A stretch of 63,646 nucleotides of DNA, filler included, from Octopus bimaculoides (Eukaryota), in assembly GCF_001194135.2 (NCBI RefSeq). It is 6 parts of 6 records of this genome, joined end to end, with 100 filler letters (N's around TTAATTAATTAA, not from the genome) between each part and the next. Parts side by side here need not be neighbours in the genome. Positions count along the whole stretch, not along the records: positions 62,151 to 63,646 come from NW_026388985.1; 5 more parts are not named here. One strand, given 5' to 3'. Positions 63,110 to 63,646 of the stretch are shown piece by piece; position 1 is the first letter of the stretch, and each line of letters begins with the position of its first letter. Both the position numbers and the translations under genes were made by a program. The notes under the pieces are model-generated. The model was given only the letters and a program-made list of their open reading frames with translations, did no database searches and was not told the DNA's origin.

Positions 63110-63332
63110 CAAACACAGACACACAAACATATACACACACATACACACATATATATACACATATATACGACGGGCTTCTTTCAGTTTCCGTCTACCAAAT
63201 CCACTCACAAGGCTTTGGTCGGCCCGAGGCTATAGTAGGAAACTCTTGCCCGAGGTGCCACGCAGTGGGACTGAATCTGGAACCATGTGGTTGGTAAGCA
63301 AGCTACTTACCACACAGCCACTCCTGCGCCTA
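63110..63332 (-). mobile_element. SINE family A head and body
   Basis: Matches 48840-49056 and 13880-14105. Confidence 0.9.
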
Positions 63333-63646
63333 TTCTGTATATATTTACACAAGTGTGTGTGTGTGTCAGTGAGTATTCGAGTACGTATGTGTGTATTTAT
63401 TGTATTAAAAGTTGACGTAAGATCGTCAACTGTCCAGTCTAGGGCTAAACTCAAATTATATCGACAACTTTTGTTACAATAGACGTTTCTAACCACTTTA
63501 CTGAACATACAAAATTCTGCGTACAGAGCCTAGATATCAGATAACGCTTGCACTGTGCAAAATACATCTTAATACATTTTACATCCCTTACATTAAGACA
63601 TTGTGACGTCAGCAATATATATATGTGTATGTGTATATGTATATAT

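Noticed and set aside
63411-63442. Helitron 3' end (7-bp hairpin followed by CTAG)
   Set aside because: The next base is G rather than the expected T, no 5' TC end was identified, and it is plausible by chance.

Overview
Animal genomic DNA, most likely a coleoid cephalopod (Octopus-like). This is inferred from the (CA/TA/AAT/ATC) microsatellite load and the tRNA-derived SINE families, not from any database hit. Roughly 10 kb of the window is N gaps, and five gaps carry an artificial TTAATTAATTAA linker. I found no host protein-coding exon I can defend. Nearly all long ORFs in the track are gap-spanning or microsatellite artefacts. What is recognisable is a retroelement landscape. It includes several tRNA-headed SINE families (informal labels A-G), R4/Dong-like LINE fragments ending in (AAT)n, Tx1-like LINE pieces and mariner remnants. 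It also includes a decayed Ty3/Gypsy gag-pol with a -1 frameshift junction and a solo LTR with an intact ATAT target-site duplication. The most interesting signals are RNA structures. There are three independent hammerhead-ribozyme-like folds: 6.4 kb, with a compensatory G3-C8 core swap; 27.2 kb, downstream of a tRNA-like pol III promoter; and 30.6 kb, resembling Schistosoma SM-alpha. There are also two long fold-back hairpins, an inverted-repeat-bounded TTAGGG cassette and an unexplained ~2 kb coding-like AT-rich segment. All alignments were done by eye and element boundaries are approximate.
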